Origin: Naegleria gruberi
Taxonomy: Eukaryota
Length of the DNA: 64,000 nucleotides
NCBI GenBank assembly: GCA_000004985.1
Contig: GG738918.1
Reading direction: 5' to 3' (one strand)
Shown here: piece after piece, positions 43,631-55,885 of the stretch
Numbering within the stretch: the stretch's first letter is position 1
Layout of the letters: the number at the start of each line of letters is the position of its first letter
Program-made: the position numbers and the translations under genes
The notes under the pieces: model-generated
The model's input: only the letters and a program-made list of their open reading frames with translations
What the model was told of the DNA's origin: nothing
The model's database searches: none

Positions 43631-45247
43631 TCAACATGTCTTTTCTTGGTAAAATGGCAAAGTCCAAAAACTGGTAGACTTTGTGTGGGATTTTTGAATT
43701 TCTTCATCATTTCTAATGGATAAATCTATTAGTTTGAATGCTCTTGAATCATGACTCAAGGCCACCAAAGCAATCTCTTTGTCTCTTCTCCAGCTTGGAT
43801 CGACATACATGAAAGGACAGCCATTATTGAGAGCTTTGATAATAATTTCACGATCCATTTTCCAAGAATTTTGGACAAACTTGAGAGCTATGCCATTTTG
43901 TCTGACAGCTGTCAATACAACTTCTCTTTGGTCCTTGAATTTAGAGTAAATATATTGTAAAGACGTTCCATCAGTTTGTACAGCATCCATCACAATGTCC
44001 AAGGTCTGAATCAAACTGGATTGAATTGAATTTGGGTTCTGCCCTATAGCCATTTTAACAATCTCAATATTTTCCCTAATTGATGCTGAGAAATAGTGTA
44101 ATAGAAGGCCATTTCTTTGGACAACCTGTCGAGCAATATCAACATCATCGTTCAATGGATAATCAATGTTTCTCATTACATTGGGGTTAATTTCTATCAA
44201 TTGGAGAATGAAATCCTTGTCTGTTCTCAAACTCGAATCAGCATATACAATATTGGATGGAGATTGTTTCACAGCTTCAATGAAAACTGTTTTGTCCTTA
44301 AGAAAGTTTCGAGCATATTGCAAATTGGTTGGATCTATTTTCAGTGCTTCAAGTACCATTTCCTGACTGATGATATTTTGTGGAATGCTATTTAATTTGA
44401 AAAAGCCTTCCTTGACAACCATAAGAGCTAGATCTGGATTTGCTTGCATTTCTGAAGATAATTTTTTGTAATCCAAGGGCCTTTTCTTAATCCAATACTT
44501 TAAAAACTCAATATTACTAATCGCATAAAGAATTGAAGAATTATTCCTCACAGCAGCACAAAGAATTTCAAAATCATTCATGAATTTTCCATCTGCACAT
44601 GTCAGAGCCGTTGCATTATGTCTTACAACTTTTAAAACCACGTCTCTATCAGATTTGATCGAATCATCAAATGCCATAAGTGATCGTAAGACCTTTCCTA
44701 AAATACAGGCAATCTCCTTATCTTTCCTCAATCCATCTGAAAGACATGATGAAATGGCCGAAAGAATATAATCACGAGTACAATATTTAGTGGCCACTTG
44801 CTTAATCCACTCCTTATCTGAGAATAAGTTGTGCTTTTTAAAATGATTTTCAATATATCTCGTATGCAATTCAAAGTGATCATTGCAATATCTAAACACA
44901 TGAAGAGCAACTTGCTTCTCGAATTGAATTTCTGGAAGGAAACGAATAATCTTCCAATCCATCAGTGCCAAAGAGATGAGAAATTGTCGATCCCTTTTCA
45001 AATCAATCAATTGCTCTGAAAATACCAATTCTCGTAAGCATTCGGGATTTGTTTGTACCATCATACGAATTTCTACCTTCCTCCGATAGGAAATATCAGA
45101 GATTTTGCAAAAAAGCCTCTCGGATAGATAGTCAGCATCGAGAATACAACAACATCTCCCATTACCATTTGAAAAAGTATGGAATTTTTTCTTTAAATTT
45201 TGAAAGATCTCAAATTTTAATATTGTAAAATTATTATTTTCAATCAT
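43631..45247 (-). CDS. DUF4116-like repeat protein (second family member in window)
   Basis: 538 aa with repeated LRTDKDFILQLIEINPNVMRNI / DREVVLTAVRQNGIALKFV / DKEIALVALSHDSRAFKLI motifs. Confidence 0.55.
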   Translation of the reverse strand: MIENNNFTILKFEIFQNLKKKFHTFSNGNGRCCCILDADYLSERLFCKISDISYRRKVEIRMMVQTNPECLRELVFSEQLIDLKRDRQFLISLALMDWKIIRFLPEIQFEKQVALHVFRYCNDHFELHTRYIENHFKKHNLFSDKEWIKQVATKYCTRDYILSAISSCLSDGLRKDKEIACILGKVLRSLMAFDDSIKSDRDVVLKVVRHNATALTCADGKFMNDFEILCAAVRNNSSILYAISNIEFLKYWIKKRPLDYKKLSSEMQANPDLALMVVKEGFFKLNSIPQNIISQEMVLEALKIDPTNLQYARNFLKDKTVFIEAVKQSPSNIVYADSSLRTDKDFILQLIEINPNVMRNIDYPLNDDVDIARQVVQRNGLLLHYFSASIRENIEIVKMAIGQNPNSIQSSLIQTLDIVMDAVQTDGTSLQYIYSKFKDQREVVLTAVRQNGIALKFVQNSWKMDREIIIKALNNGCPFMYVDPSWRRDKEIALVALSHDSRAFKLIDLSIRNDEEIQKSHTKSTSFWTLPFYQEKTC

Positions 45248-45376
45248 TTCAGTAAACTGTAGAGAACAAGTTGTTGTACTCTTTGAAATTGATTGGAATT
45301 GTTTGTTACTAAGTAAATTTCAATCAAAAAGAAAGTTTTATTCTTTTTTCAATTTTAAAAAAAAATACAAAGTTGC

Positions 45377-46436
45377 AATGATAAAGTTATTTTCCGATTT
45401 TCTGAATGATGCACAATTTCGTGATCGTGTGTTGAGGAAATTCTTCATGATCGCTGGTGGATTGTGGGTTTCCTATTCGACTCTGAGAAGATATTGTAAC
45501 GGTCCGATGGTTTCCGAAGCTTTGATTAAAGATAATACATCAATGAAGGGAAAAATTGTGCTGATTACTGGAGTGGCTAAGGGTGGAATTTCCTATGAGA
45601 CATGCAGAGTTTTATTATCTCTTGGAGCTGTTGTTGTGATGACTATGAGAAATGTGAAGAGTGGAGAAGAAACTAGAAGAGAATTAATTAAGGAGTCAAA
45701 ATGTTTGGAAGAACAAGCTCATGTTTTGAGTTTGGATTTGGCCGATTTGAGGAATGTGGAAAGATTTGTTGAGGTTTTCAAAACCAAGTTCAATTCAACA
45801 TGTCATGTTTTGATTAATAATGCAGGATTGTATAATCCACTTGCCAAATTGACTAGTGACAACATTGAATCTCATTTTGGAGTCAATCATCTTGGACATT
45901 TCTATTTGACTGAATTATTGATGGATGTTCTCGTTAAAAGCAAGACTAGAGTAATTGTAGTTTCGTCTAAACTTCATGAATATTACACACCAAGCGAAAA
46001 GCTATTCACAACGAAGGAAGAATTCTATCAAAACGATGGATCTAAATCAAAGAATGATTTATATTCTCGCTCCAAATTTGCCAATATTCTGTATTGTAAG
46101 AAATTGGATAGAATTTTCCAAGAGAAGGATACATCCAATGATAGAGCTTGCTGTGTGAGTTTGCATCCTGGGTTAGTAACTACTAGCATTGCAACTCATG
46201 GGAGTTTTAGAACTATCTTGTTGTATAAATTCTTAGCATTAATCAGTAAGGATAAGGTACACGGAGCTCAAACTTCCATTCATTGTGCCTTGATTGATAG
46301 GAGCGAAATTAAGGGAGGGGAATACTTTAAAGATTGTGCCATTTCAAAGAGTAATCCGCTTACCAACGATCACCAAATGCAAGATGATTTGTGGGAGTTG
46401 AGCTTGGAATTAATTTCACTCTGCATTAAAAAGTAA
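45377..46436 (+). CDS. Short-chain dehydrogenase/reductase (SDR, retinol-dehydrogenase/WWOX-like) with N-terminal membrane anchor
   Basis: Cofactor motif KIVLITGVAKGGISYE (TGxxxGIG-like). NNAG motif at LINNAGL. Catalytic YSRSKFANILY (YxxxK). Confidence 0.8.
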
Positions 46437-46689
46437 TGTGGCACACGCAACAGTTTATTTGTCTATTGTAAATTATTACCCTTCTTGTCCTATATATTAC
46501 CCAACTCCAAAGCGCCAATTTCTCATACCACCTGTCATCCTTCCTTAATCAGCTCATTTCAGCTCCCGTAACTACCTACAACTCCTTCAAAACATGTTGA
46601 AAACCTTTAGGAGTTTGCAATCTACTCCGTTCACCATAAATTCACGTTGAGAAAATTTGTGAATTGAAAAAAAAACAAAAAATTAAAAG

Positions 46690-48147
46690 ATGAAAGTCTC
46701 ATTGTTACTTGTTGCTGTCATCTTTGCCATGATGATGATGGCCATGAACATTCATGCCGAAAAGACCTTTGAAATTCCTTTGAGAAAGAGAGCCTACGAT
46801 GATGCTCGTGCTGCCTCTGTCAAACTCTCCAAGATGAGAAGCATTCAAACACAAAACAAACTTCGTTCCTTGTTGTACTCTGCCACACGATTGGCCACCA
46901 CAAAGCCATCCCTCAAGGTTGGTGCCACTCCAATTGTTCCATTGAAGGACTATGATGATGTCGAATATTATGGAGAAATTACCATTGGTACTCCTGCTCA
47001 AACTTTCAAAGTTGTTTTTGATACTGGAAGCTCCAACTTGTGGGTTCCTAGTGTTGCCTGTAAGGATTTGAGTTGTGTTAGACATGCTAGATATAATCAT
47101 ACCAAGTCTTCTACCTATGTTCCAAATGGACAATCATTCAATATTACTTATGGTACTGGTGCTGTTAAGGGTGTAAGTTTTTTTGAATTGGATGATGAAT
47201 TTATTAATTATTATTATTATAATTATTATTATTGAAAATTAATTATATTGAAATGCATAATGTTTAAATTAATTTATATAATATTGTATACAATATATTC
47301 GGAATATTAGATTTTGTCAAGTGATACCGTTGTTGTTGGTGGATTGGCTATTAAGGGTCAAGTTTTTGGTGAAACTACCAATGAATATACTGATACTTTC
47401 TTGAATGCCAAGATTGATGGTATTTGTGGATTTGTAAGTATTTAATCTTTCTTTTATCCTTAATATTAATCTAATAATATTAATATTAATATTCTAATTA
47501 ATTAATTCAACAATTTATTATCGGAATAATTTAAATAGGCTTTCCCAAATATTGCTGTTGATGGTGTTACTCCAGTTTTCAACAACTTGATGAAGCAACG
47601 TCTCGTTGATAAGAACATTTTCTCCTTCTACATGTCTAAGAAGGCTGGAAGTGGTGCTTCTGCAATGATTTTGGGTGGAATCAATTCTAAATATTATACT
47701 GGTTCTTTTAGCTATGTTCCATTGATTCAACATAATTATTGGAGTATTGCTTTGGATGATATTGCAATGAATGGACAAGGACAAAGTTTGTGTGGATTTG
47801 GATGTATGGCCATTGTTGATACTGGTACTAGTTTGATTGCTGGAACACCAGATGTTATGCAACCAATTATTAATCAACTTAATGTTGCTGAAGATTGTTC
47901 TAATATTGATTCTAATCCAAATGTTTCATTTGTCATTGGTGGAAAGCAATATCTTTTGACTCCAAGAGACTATGTCATTAAGATTACCTCTCAAGGACAA
48001 ACTCAATGTTTCCCAGGTTTCCAAACTATGGATATGGGTACTAATGGATTCGTCATCCTTGGTGATGTTTTCATCTCCACTTATTACACTGTCTTTGATT
48101 ATGAAGGTTCTAGAGTTGGATTTGCCAAGTCAAATCAAAACCTTTAA
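46690..48147 (+). CDS. Pepsin-family (A1) aspartic protease, secreted; 3 exons (46690..47172; 47311..47433; 47539..48147)
   Basis: Signal peptide. Catalytic motifs [13 protein letters not shown] and [12 protein letters not shown]. Exon junctions ...GTGAVKG|[11 protein letters not shown] and ...IDGICGF|AFPNIAVDG. Donors gtaagt at 47173 and 47434. Acceptors tattag (47310) and aaatag (47538). Introns are extremely AT-rich. Confidence 0.85.
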
Positions 48148-48197
48148 ATTAAAAGATTAATATTTCACAATAATTTCGTATTCATTATTAGAATCTT

Positions 48198-50369
48198 CTA
48201 CTTTCTCTGTTGACAATATCTGAACCAAGTGTCATTTATGACCATATCTCGCACAAAGGTTTCCAATTTATCCAAGGCATCGTATCTTCCCAAACCATTC
48301 TCAATTTCCACTTTTGATTGTTGCAAAACTTGTCCTGAAATATTTAAATGATTATCTCCACTAGGATCAATGAATTGTTTGAGAACTTGCTGTTGTTTCT
48401 CGACACGATCTTGTGCATTGGGAATTCTTCTGTACTGCTCAACAGTTTCCAAGAAGAGAAAGTTTTCCACTGATCTTTCCTTTTCGCACTGCTTTTTAAA
48501 TTCCTGTCTCAGTTGAGTATTGTTGAACATTTTATCAAATTCCATGATGAGCTTGATAGATTCGAGAAGTTGTTGATTTTGTTGTTTCTTTTCTTTCAAT
48601 TTCTTTTCCTCACTCAAATCTTTACATACGAGAAGATAGGTATCTCGTAAAGATTCACATTCTGACTTTTCACTGTTTGGAAATTGAATTAATTTGGCAG
48701 AAATCTTGACTGGTATCTTTTCACTTGTTGGTTTGGTGAGATGTGTTTCCCATGAGTCTCTTGAGGATTGTACCAATTGATTAATCTTGGATAATAGCTC
48801 AGATTCTTGTGAAAATTCCTTCAAATATCTAGAAATGGAACCAAGATCTTTTTGGGAATATCTGGTTTTGTTAAAAAAGGCAGTGTTGGCCATTGTTACA
48901 TTTGCTGTTTTTCTATCCACTGCCAATACCATATCTGAAATACTGTTCAGTAGAATTCTTGTTTTTTGCTCTTCCAAAGATGCCTTTTCCAGCAATTGTT
49001 CTAACAAGTTTCCTCTCTTGGCTATTTGTTCACTCGAAGCAGCCACCACTCTCAACATGGTATTAATTCTCTGAGTGAGTGTTGAAATTTCTGTAATCCC
49101 CTTCACTGGAATTGTAGAATCTGCCAAATTTTCAGTATTTTTCATAATTTTCCTCAAATGGTAACCTAAATTCACAAGTGGAGTCACAACAATTACTTCA
49201 TTCAAGACGAAAATAATCAGTGATGACAAAATAACAACCAAACAAGTAAATCCATACGACCAACCAAAACTCTGAAGTCCCAATTCTCTTACAGAACGAG
49301 AGAAATCAGTTCTCAATACGAAAGAAGGTTGTCCATAAATATCCTGATAGGTTTGATAAGTAATAATTCGTTCTCCTGTGGAGGATGAATCATTTCCAAA
49401 GCAAATTCTTTGATTCTTTGCACTTTCGGCTACATTTCCCATTCGAATAAGTGTTGGGTCTGTATTTTTCCATTCACTAATGATGCTGCTTGAATTAGGA
49501 TAAATGTATGGCTTGGATTTGATTTGGTTCCACACAGCAGTGAATTCTGAATCCAATTCCTTACCAGATTGCAAATTATACATTGTAATACACACTTGAG
49601 CTCTATTCGAAACCTGACTAACATAAACTGAGCGAATATACCGAGCCCACATCATAATTCCAGGTGTATCCGTAAATCCACAACCACTACACTGCACAGG
49701 AGCTGCCATTACCAAAAACAAAGTTCCATCTTTCAATGTCCAATATCCAATATTCATAGTCGAAAGTATCTGAATGTTTTCCATTAGAAAGGAGGGTAAT
49801 TGATACATTTCTGTTGGCATTGGAACAGCCATTCTACTTTCAAAATCATATCCCACTTTTCCTGCAACGGTTCCATTCAGAAAATAGTATCCAATAAAGT
49901 TGGCACCTGTTAATTCTTCAACGTGGTCTATATTTCCATACGAAACGTTTAGTCTCTTGTTCATTTGGTCTACAGAATAAGTTTTCATGAGGTAATATGA
50001 AGAATCCTATCAATTTTCAGAAAGTAGACATTCCATAGAATAATTACATTTCATCACCATGCGAAATATTCCATTAAATATTTTTAAATATTAACAATTT
50101 ACAATATTAAATATTTACAAAATATTATATAACATCAAAATACTTACCCAATTAGAATAAGTCAACAGAATATCCATCTGATTCTTGAAATCATCCATAA
50201 TAGCCCTCGTCACTCTTGTAGTAGTTTCCGATATATCACTTCTCTCAGCATATTCGAAACTCGAAAGCAAAACTCCCAACAAAACAGCCATAAACAATGT
50301 CATTACCACCAGAAACAAAACAGCCAACACGATAACATTCTTAACTCTCAAACTGCAAACATCTTTCAT
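48198..50369 (-). CDS. Membrane sensor protein: TM1, about 250 aa extracytoplasmic domain, TM2, linker, PAS-like segment, coiled coil, C-terminal RGS domain; 2 exons (50369..50148; 50006..48198)
   Basis: Exon 1 has MKDVCSLRVKNVIVLAVLFLVVMTLFMAVLLGVLL (TM) and ends ...YSNW|gtaagt. The 141-bp intron ends gatag|. The second TM is CLVVILSSLIIFVLNEVIVVTPL. The RGS box is SVENFLFLETVEQYRRIPNAQDRVEKQQQVLKQFIDPSGDNHLNISGQV. Confidence 0.65.
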
Positions 50370-50759
50370 TTTTTTCTTCTTATTTCAAACAACTGTCAAA
50401 CTGTCAACAACTTAATACTCTAAAAAAGAGCTATTTTGACAGAGAGAAGATGTGATTGAGGGAACTTTTGTATCAATGCCTTCTGTATATAAAAATTGGT
50501 ATCCAGTAAGGTCAGCACTTAGCTAATTGAGAAACTCGTGTTCATTTTCAATTTCTTATTCGAAAGTGACATTTGTTAACTTCGATGGATTGTGTTAGAC
50601 TTGCCGCATTACTTTGAATACTTTCCTACTAGGTGCTGGAAAGGTCTTTTGTTGTTGTAACCAGTTCGATAATAAAGCAGCCATTCCTGTCATCAACTGC
50701 CTAAAATGTCAGATGCCATGAAATTGAGAATCCTGCTTGTTGATATATAGCAAGAAAAA
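50370..50759. promoter_or_regulatory. Shared divergent (bidirectional) promoter region between the two sensor-RGS paralogs
   Basis: A 390-bp intergenic space lies between the head-to-head start codons at 50369 (-) and 50760 (+). Confidence 0.4.
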
Positions 50760-53023
50760 ATGTCAACAGATGTAGAGTTGCAAACAGCAGATAGTGAAAA
50801 GAATCTGGTGGGTGATTCGTTTGAAAATAAAGACTATTCGAAACAACAACATGTTCACGAGGGAAATGAAATTGTGATGACCAATGTTTTGGAGGAAACT
50901 ACTTCGAGTGGTGGAATGGTTGACCTCACCGATCAACAATTACCCAAATTCGAAGAGCTGGAATCGACATCTATCAGCGATCGAGGTTCTTTCGTCAACA
51001 TTCGAACAATTTCCTATTCGATTCAAATCGTTACCAATTTCATCATGTTACTCATCGTGGCAGGAATTCTCTTCTCGATATTCTTTACTGGTTTCCAACA
51101 ATTGGAAGAGCACGTAACGACTGAGGCCAATTTACGAATCCAACGAGCAATTTATGATGATTTTAAAAATGCTCTTGCCTTGTTGGCTTCGTTTGGAAAT
51201 TGGGTAAGTTTCGTTGATGAAATATTCGAAAGTTAATTGGAGAATAGTTGGATTTTTATAATGTGATGGATGCTGCGTATAGTGATGGATATAAAACCTT
51301 CTTGGATTGGGTGGATATTAATTATCCGTATGGAATGAGTAAGTAGTTTCGAATATGTTGGGTTGACTAGATTATTTTAATAGTGAGAGATGCAATTAAA
51401 TCGAATTTTGCATTAATTTACTTTAAGAATGGAACACTGGCTGCTGCAAAAGGCTTCAATCTAGAAACAGGAGATATTCTAGAGACTCCTGCTGAGCTAG
51501 CCAACTTGGGTTCTGACAATCCACTGAGAAAGGATATGGACAAAAGCACAACCAGAGTAAATGGATACCTCCTTACTTCCAAATATGGTGCTCTCCTCGT
51601 TTCTGCCTATCCAATCCACTTCAGCCCTCTAAAAAACAATCCACCAAATGGAATTCTCATTTTTGCAAGAATTCAAACTGAACAAGTGACCTCTTCCATT
51701 GCATCCAGAGCTCAAATGTGCATCACCCAATTCAGTGTCAATGATGCAGCACTCGATTCAGTTAGAAAACGTATGAAACTCGATAAACCAACTATCATTA
51801 ATGGATACGACATGAATTGGGAGAATAATCAAGCTTTTGCCTATGAAGAAATTGATTTGAGATATTTGAGTGGAAGAGTTTGTGATTCTGTGAGTGTTGG
51901 ATTGGAAGCAAAGGGTAGAGTAGCAACATTTCAATTGTATGCAGATATTTATGGAAATCCTGCTGTGGTTTTGAGAGCTGACACTGAAAGATTTATTCTA
52001 AATTTGGGAATTAATGCTTTTGTGATTGCTGTTTGTTTGTTGCTTGCGATTATGATTATTCTTGGCATTGCTGTCATTTTATTTACTGAAGTTGGTATTA
52101 TTAGAGGAATTTTACAATTGACTGATCGTGTCACTAAGATTTATGAAACAAGTGACATTTCTAATAGAGTTTCTATGAAAGGAAATGATGAGATTGCAAA
52201 AATTGGTTCCAATGTAGATCAAATCTTGACAATTATCGAAAATTCTCAAGTTCAATTGAAGCAGAAACAAGACGAAATGAGACAACTCTTGCAAAGAATT
52301 TCATTAGAAGAATACAAGACAAAATCAATCATGAATAGCTTACCAAATTCTGTAATCATGGTCGATAAGACAAATGGTGAAGTGGTTGGTTCAAATGAAC
52401 CATTCTATGAATGCACAGGATACTCTGAAAGTATGATCAAAGTTGGAAACTTGTCAGTTGCCAAATTATTCAACAAGCCAAGCACAGATCAATTAATGGA
52501 TGAATTTAAAGAATTGACCTTGAATTCAGGATCGAAAGCAATGAGTATGAGCACAGTTAATGGAATGATTATTCCAGTAATTATCTCAGTACAAGATGCC
52601 AAATTCTATAAAAGGAATAAGGTAGTATCTGCTTTTGTAATTTCCATTCAAGATAAGAGAAAAGATTTGGAATTGGTTAAGGAGGTTGAATTGGATGAGG
52701 AGAAAGTTAGAGAAATTCAACTCTTAATTGAATTTGAGAGAATGATTAAGAATCCAGATAGTCGAGACGAATTTATACGAAAGTGCAATGAAAATGGAAA
52801 GAGATTAACAATGCTATTTGTAGAAGTTAAGAATTTGATGGCAGGACTCAATTCTACCAATTTCCAATATGTATGGGAAAGTTATTGTCAAGTTGAAGAA
52901 TCAATTTCTAATTTCCCAGAGTTTAAATCAGCAAAATTGGAAAAGGATCTTTCTAATCAATTAAATTTGATGGAAATGAATTTGAAGAGTGCCATTATTC
53001 GAAACTATTATAATAATAAATAG
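50760..53023 (+). CDS. Paralogous membrane sensor / PAS / RGS protein; 2 exons (50760..51203; 51371..53023)
   Basis: Exon 1 holds the TM IMLLIVAGILFSIFFTGF and ends ...SFGNW|gtaagt at the same position as its paralog. The acceptor gactag at 51370 is the only in-frame option without a stop. Second TM FVIAVCLLLAIMIILGIAVILF. RGS-like end (IQLLIEFERMIKNPDSRDEFIRKC...). Confidence 0.6.
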
Positions 53024-53273
53024 TCTTAATTCTTAGAAGAGATGAATAGTCTTGCATAAATGCATGAAAATATTCCGAATATTCTTTCTTATTTAGTGTG
53101 TGAAGATAGAGATGAATAAAAAGATACTCCAATTAATAGAAAAATCAAATGTGTATTAAGTCCGCCAATTAATATAATATATTTACAAACAGGAAGTATT
53201 AGTAAATATGAACACACACGCCTTGTATGTTCAGCAACACCTTGTGAGAGTGTTAAAAAGTGTGTGAAAAAGA

Positions 53274-54071
53274 TTACTTGTTAATTCCGAAAATTCTCCT
53301 CTTGTGGAAACTTGGCAATTTAGCCAAGACAACAACAACGGTAGCTACCACATTGACAAAGAGCAAGAGCATATTATCTCCGACAAAGTAGGAAGTGAGC
53401 AATAACAACACACAAGGCACAACAAACATGAATTTACGTGTTGGTGTGAATTGTTTTTGATCATCCAATTGTTCCCACAATGTTAATCTACTGTGGTCAT
53501 TGTAGCCCATCGAGTAATCATATGGAGAACCCTTCTTCCAATGGAAAAGAACAAAAGTAATCAAAGAGTGAAGAAGATTCAAAATAGTCCAAGTGTATAC
53601 TTTTCTTGTAGTATCTAATTTATATATTATTAATAATAGTAGATTGTTAATATATGTAAGAGGAAATGATGAAGGAATATAAAGATGATGAGTTAAATAG
53701 ATTTAAAAAGTAATAGTTGATTAATATGATTAGATATCAAATAATGATGAATAAAACAAACCTTGCAAGTCTCCGAAGGCTTTTCCATATAATACAAGAG
53801 CAAAGTGAATTGCCCAATAAGCCAAAGCTATAACCAATCCATAAACAACCCAAGCAACAGTTGCTCCAAAAGGTTGAACATTAAAGTTTGTACTCACAAT
53901 CTCTCCTTCATTTGTAGCAGATATAGTCAAAAAGGATTGTGATTCGGAACGAGTCATTTGTGATTTAAAAAGTGAAGGAGAATGAGTAGGTGAAGTTCCA
54001 GCAGGGACATCAAGATTCGATGATGACGAATTGTTGGAAGGACTTGTATTAACAGTTAAATTCTTTCTCAT
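53274..54071 (-). CDS. ORMDL: ORM1/ORMDL family sphingolipid-synthesis regulator with Ser-rich N-terminal extension; 2 exons (54071..53762; 53599..53274), intron 53600..53761
   Basis: The joined protein ...YTWTILNLLHSLITFVLFHWKKGSPYD...RLTLWEQLDDQKQFTPTRKFMFVVPCVLLLLTSYF...LAKLPSFHKRRIFGINK closely matches the ORMDL consensus (WTLTNIIHN..FLHTVKGTPF..LTHWEQMD..QFTASRKFL..PKLPQLHGVRIFGINKY). The donor gtttgt is weak. Confidence 0.75.
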
Positions 54072-54535
54072 CTTGTTGGTGTGAAAATGTGTAGTATTAG
54101 TGAATTGATGAAGAAAAAATCGTTTCGATGTTTTTTTTGTATTTTTTTTTGTTTGTTGATGGAAAATTTTATTAATAGAGGTTGTTATTGTAAAATGTTA
54201 GTATGTTTAAGGAGTTGATGATTGGTGTGAGGAGGGGAGATTTTCACAGAGTGTGGAGAAGACAATGGGGAGAGGACATGGATGGTTCTAGGTGGATTGT
54301 CGTGATTTCCGAAATTTTCATTGTAGAATGGACAGAAAAAAGTGCACGATTGTAATTGTGATATTTCTCCGTTTCCTTAATAAAGATTTGAGCAGGCACT
54401 TGCTTCGGCTCTGTTGCGATAAAGCTGCAGCACAATTTCTGGTTGTTGCTCTATTCTTGTTGATTAATCCAGTGAACGAATAGGAAGATTTTGTATTCAC
54501 ACTGAAGTGCACATTAGTTTAATTGCTTTCGAGCA

Positions 54536-54608
54536 GCCCCGCTAGCTCAGTCGGTAGAGCGTTGGACTTTTAATCCAACGGTCGTGGGTTCGAGCCCCAC
54601 GTGGGGCG
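54536..54608 (+). tRNA. tRNA-Lys (anticodon UUU), 73 nt, no intron
   Basis: Acceptor stem GCCCCGC/GTGGGGC (one G-U pair). D-arm GCTCAGTCGGTAGAGC. Anticodon stem-loop TTGGA-CTTTTAA-TCCAA. T-arm GTGGGTTCGAGCCCCAC. Discriminator G. Confidence 0.9.
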
Positions 54609-54610
54609 GT

Positions 54611-54620
54611 TGCTTTTATC
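54611..54620 (+). terminator. RNA polymerase III terminator (T-run) immediately downstream of tRNA-Lys
   Basis: TTTT at 54614-54617. A longer T9 run at 54655-54664 may act as a backup. Confidence 0.6.
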
Positions 54621-54947
54621 TTTTGCTCAGATTATTTGCTGTTACGCTGTTTTTGCTTTTTTTTTAAGAACCTCTGAGATATTTAAGTTGGGGTAGTGTA
54701 AACCGGTCTTGAAATGGAAGCTCATTATTGTAAACATGGTGAGATAATGAAAGCCATTATAATTGGTCATACTCGTTGATAAATTAATATCTTCAAATGT
54801 GCAAACTACTAAAAGGAGAAATTTCAAAAATCTTTCAACGTATTAACAGGACATCTATACCCTCCAATAGACCCATTTCCCCACCCTATTATCCTGTTAT
54901 TCAGATGAGTTTTCAAGATCTTTAATTTGAGACTTGCATTTTGGTGA

Positions 54948-54960
54948 AGGTATAAAAAGA
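54948..54960 (+). promoter_or_regulatory. TATA box (ggtataaaaagaa) about 45 bp upstream of the PaiB-like gene ATG
   Basis: tataaaaag at 54951-54959. The first ATG downstream in a long ORF is 55003. Confidence 0.4.
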
Positions 54961-55002
54961 ATAGAATTGGAGTATCTAGTGGAAAGTATTATTGAAAGAA
55001 AA

Positions 55003-55845
55003 ATGATTGAATTCATTCTTGCTGTTGGTGTTGGTGCCTTGTTGTGTTTGGCTTTTGTTTATTTAAGACAACACAACAAGAATAACAAGTTGAAAGCAGA
55101 CGAAAGTCCATGTCCTTTCCACAATATTCAAAAATACTCGTTATTCACTCCTCATCATTTTAAAGTTGAAAGAGATGAAGATTCCATTCAACTAATGAAA
55201 GACAACTCATTTGGCATTCTTCTCACTTGGAAAGGATCTGAATTACACACCTCTCATGTTCCATTCTTGATGGACGAAACGAATCCAAATTCTCTCAAGC
55301 TGCACTTCCATTTAGCCAAGCAAAATCCTCATTGCAAGGCATTGGAAGAATTTGCCAAATCTCCAACTGCCAACGGATGGAATTGTAAGATTATCTTTGT
55401 TGGACCTCATTTCTACATTTCACCAAAATGGTTTTTGGGTGGATTGGAAGGTCAAAAGAAGAAAGTTCCAACATGGAATTTCACAACAGTTCATGCTCAT
55501 TGTGATTCCTGCCAAGTTTACAATTCACATGATGAAAAGAACAAGATTGTCAGTGATTTGACAGTTTTTAATGAGGATTGGTTGATGGAACATTTCAGAA
55601 ATCCAGTAAAGGAATTGGATGATTACAAGTACGATTTCTCAAAGACTGATGAGAAGTATACTGAGCAAATGTTGAAGGCAATTGTTGGATTCACTCTCAA
55701 TGTTAAGGAATTGAAGGGAAAGTTCAAACTCTCTCAAAATTTGTCAAAGGAAGAAAGAATTTCAATTATCGATGGATTGAATAGACAAGGTTATGATTTA
55801 GCCATTGATGCAGGAGTCCATATGAACAGAACTATCAATGAATAA
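55003..55845 (+). CDS. PaiB-family FMN-binding split-barrel protein with N-terminal hydrophobic anchor
   Basis: ILLTWKGSELHTSHVPFLMDE, LHFHLAKQNPHCKAL, IIFVGPHFYISPKWF, KVPTWNFTTVHAHCDS and AIVGFTLNVKELKGKFKLSQNLSKEER match the PaiB (COG2808) pattern (...ISHLPF.LD..LHGHLARANP...F.GPHAYISPSWY..VPTWNY..VH.HG....GFEI.V..L.GKFKLSQNR). The N-terminus MIEFILAVGVGALLCLAFVYL is hydrophobic. Confidence 0.7.
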   Translation: MIEFILAVGVGALLCLAFVYLRQHNKNNKLKADESPCPFHNIQKYSLFTPHHFKVERDEDSIQLMKDNSFGILLTWKGSELHTSHVPFLMDETNPNSLKLHFHLAKQNPHCKALEEFAKSPTANGWNCKIIFVGPHFYISPKWFLGGLEGQKKKVPTWNFTTVHAHCDSCQVYNSHDEKNKIVSDLTVFNEDWLMEHFRNPVKELDDYKYDFSKTDEKYTEQMLKAIVGFTLNVKELKGKFKLSQNLSKEERISIIDGLNRQGYDLAIDAGVHMNRTINE

Positions 55846-55885
55846 GAAATGAGCTGAAGAAACAAAATAGGATAAATAAATTAAT

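Noticed and set aside
46705-47877. Antisense ORFs 46705..47133 and 47518..47877 overlapping the aspartic protease
   Set aside because: The sense strand encodes a well-conserved pepsin-family protein with both DTG motifs. The antisense ORFs lack features.
54244-54512. Short ORFs around 54244..54512 just upstream of tRNA-Lys
   Set aside because: Overlapping, featureless and in the tRNA 5' flank. More likely promoter-proximal non-coding sequence.
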